Shown here: piece after piece, positions 62,651 through 64,000 of the stretch
Layout: each line of letters begins with the position of its first letter
How positions within the stretch are numbered: the stretch's first letter is position 1
Origin: Octopus vulgaris
Lineage: Eukaryota
Assembly (NCBI GenBank): GCA_951406725.2
Contig: OX597829.1
Location: forward strand, 8,060,001 to 8,124,000
Direction of reading: 5' to 3'
DNA length: 64,000 nucleotides
The notes under the pieces: generated by a model
What the model saw: only the letters and a program-made list of their open reading frames with translations
What the model was told of the DNA's origin: nothing
Databases searched by the model: none
Position numbers and translations under genes: made by a program

Positions 62651-63649
62651 TACACACACACACACATATATATATATTTATAGTTGAGGTGTGTTCCGTT
62701 AAGAACGTATTAGAGTACAAAAAGAACTCTTTCAACGATAGTATCGAAAAAAATAGTGATCACCAAAAAGGTGCCTAACCGTATTTACTCTTCCTTTCAA
62801 CTCTTTGACTCTTTACTTTACACACACACACACAATTAAAAAAAACTACTGGTAGTTTCATGTTGTAAAGATACTATGTTTTGGCAGATGTATGTATACA
62901 ACATTCCATGTGTTTCCAAGCAATCAGTTCTTCAAGCTCAGTGCATTCCGTTAATCCTATTTTTGTCAGCCTAGAGGACACCACTCTCTCAACCGATTGA
63001 ATAGTTATTTTATAGACTTTGCCTTCGCTCCATTATATTATTCTACATCAGCTAGATTAATAATGATTTCTACAAACGAATGGCTTAAGCTCTTGGTTTT
63101 TTTCTTTTCTTTTCTTTCTTCTCGTTCCATTTCTTGCATCAACTTTCTTTTGTTTTTGTTTGTTTTTCTATCGTATTTTCTCATACATCAGCGTTCTGAT
63201 TTTCAGACAGGTCTAACGATATGCACCGAGCCTGAAGGATTGCGTGGAGACGTATGGCATGTTATATAAATCTGTCAATTTATTGTATCTCTACGGGATG
63301 AAACTATAAGTAATTTTTAAAAATTCCATGTGTATTAAATGATATTTACTTCTTACTGAATGGTGTGTTTTTTTTTCTTGGTCTTACCGTTACGGAACAT
63401 TAAACTAAACACACACTCACATTCATATATCGTTCTACATGTGGGAATGTCTGTGTGTTTATATTTGTGCCATTTGAAACTGATGCTGTTTTATGTACTA
63501 CAACCTAGTAGTTCAACAAATGTAACTGATAAAATATAAACAAGCATTGTGGTCGATATGTTCAACTAAACCCAAGAATCATAACCGCAACACAACAACC
63601 TATAAAGGACTAAATGACTAACCATATCGGTTAATATCTAGATCCGCAC

Positions 63650-64000
63650 CCGGTGGGAAAAATGGAAACGAAAATGTGTAACAGTTGTAAGGCATCGTAT
63701 ATTGACGAAATAAGACGGAAAAAAAGCGCGCTGACAAACGGGGGGGGGGTTGGGTTGGGGGGAGGGGGCTCGGGAAATTCCCAGGATCAACCGTCGAGGA
63801 TCCACGCCCAGGTGGCAAAAATGGAAAAAAATATGTGTAACAGGTGTAAGGCACCGTATATTGAAGGAATATGACGAAAAAAAAGCGCGCTGACAAACGG
63901 GGGGGGGGGTTGGGTTGGGGGGAGGGGGCTCGGGAAATTCCCAGGATCAACCGTCGAGGATCCACGCCCAGGTGGCAAAAATGGAAAAAAATATGTGTAA
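63650..64000. repeat. ~160-bp tandem satellite running off the window end
   Basis: Units start at ~63652, 63811 and 63971; each has a G-tract cluster. Confidence 0.9.

Overview
AT-rich eukaryotic (animal) genomic DNA with no recognisable host gene. The repeat repertoire of tRNA-headed SINEs, RTE, R4/Dong, Tx1, CR1 and Penelope elements and dense (TA)n/(CAT)n/(CA)n microsatellites resembles a cephalopod (Octopus-like) genome; this is an inference. The window is almost entirely nested transposable elements. They include one apparently intact, full-length RTE LINE (16895-22162, 1078-aa APE+RT ORF with an internal PHD-like finger and tandem 5' monomers), many 5'-truncated RTE tails, a bipartite non-autonomous RTE, and a TIR/TSD-bounded Chapaev3-like transposon. 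There are also mariner/Tc1 relics, piggyBac- and hAT-type MITEs, Helitron-like elements, decayed Tx1/R4/CR1 LINEs and a Penelope GIY-YIG fragment. The most unusual signal is non-coding: about eight sequence-distinct hammerhead-ribozyme-like motifs in short, often palindromic Penelope-type elements sitting in TA repeats. One has a compensated U3-A8 core, and one has its three strands in a non-circularly permuted (pseudoknotted) order. All structure calls were made by eye and need folding and cleavage tests; most element boundaries are approximate.
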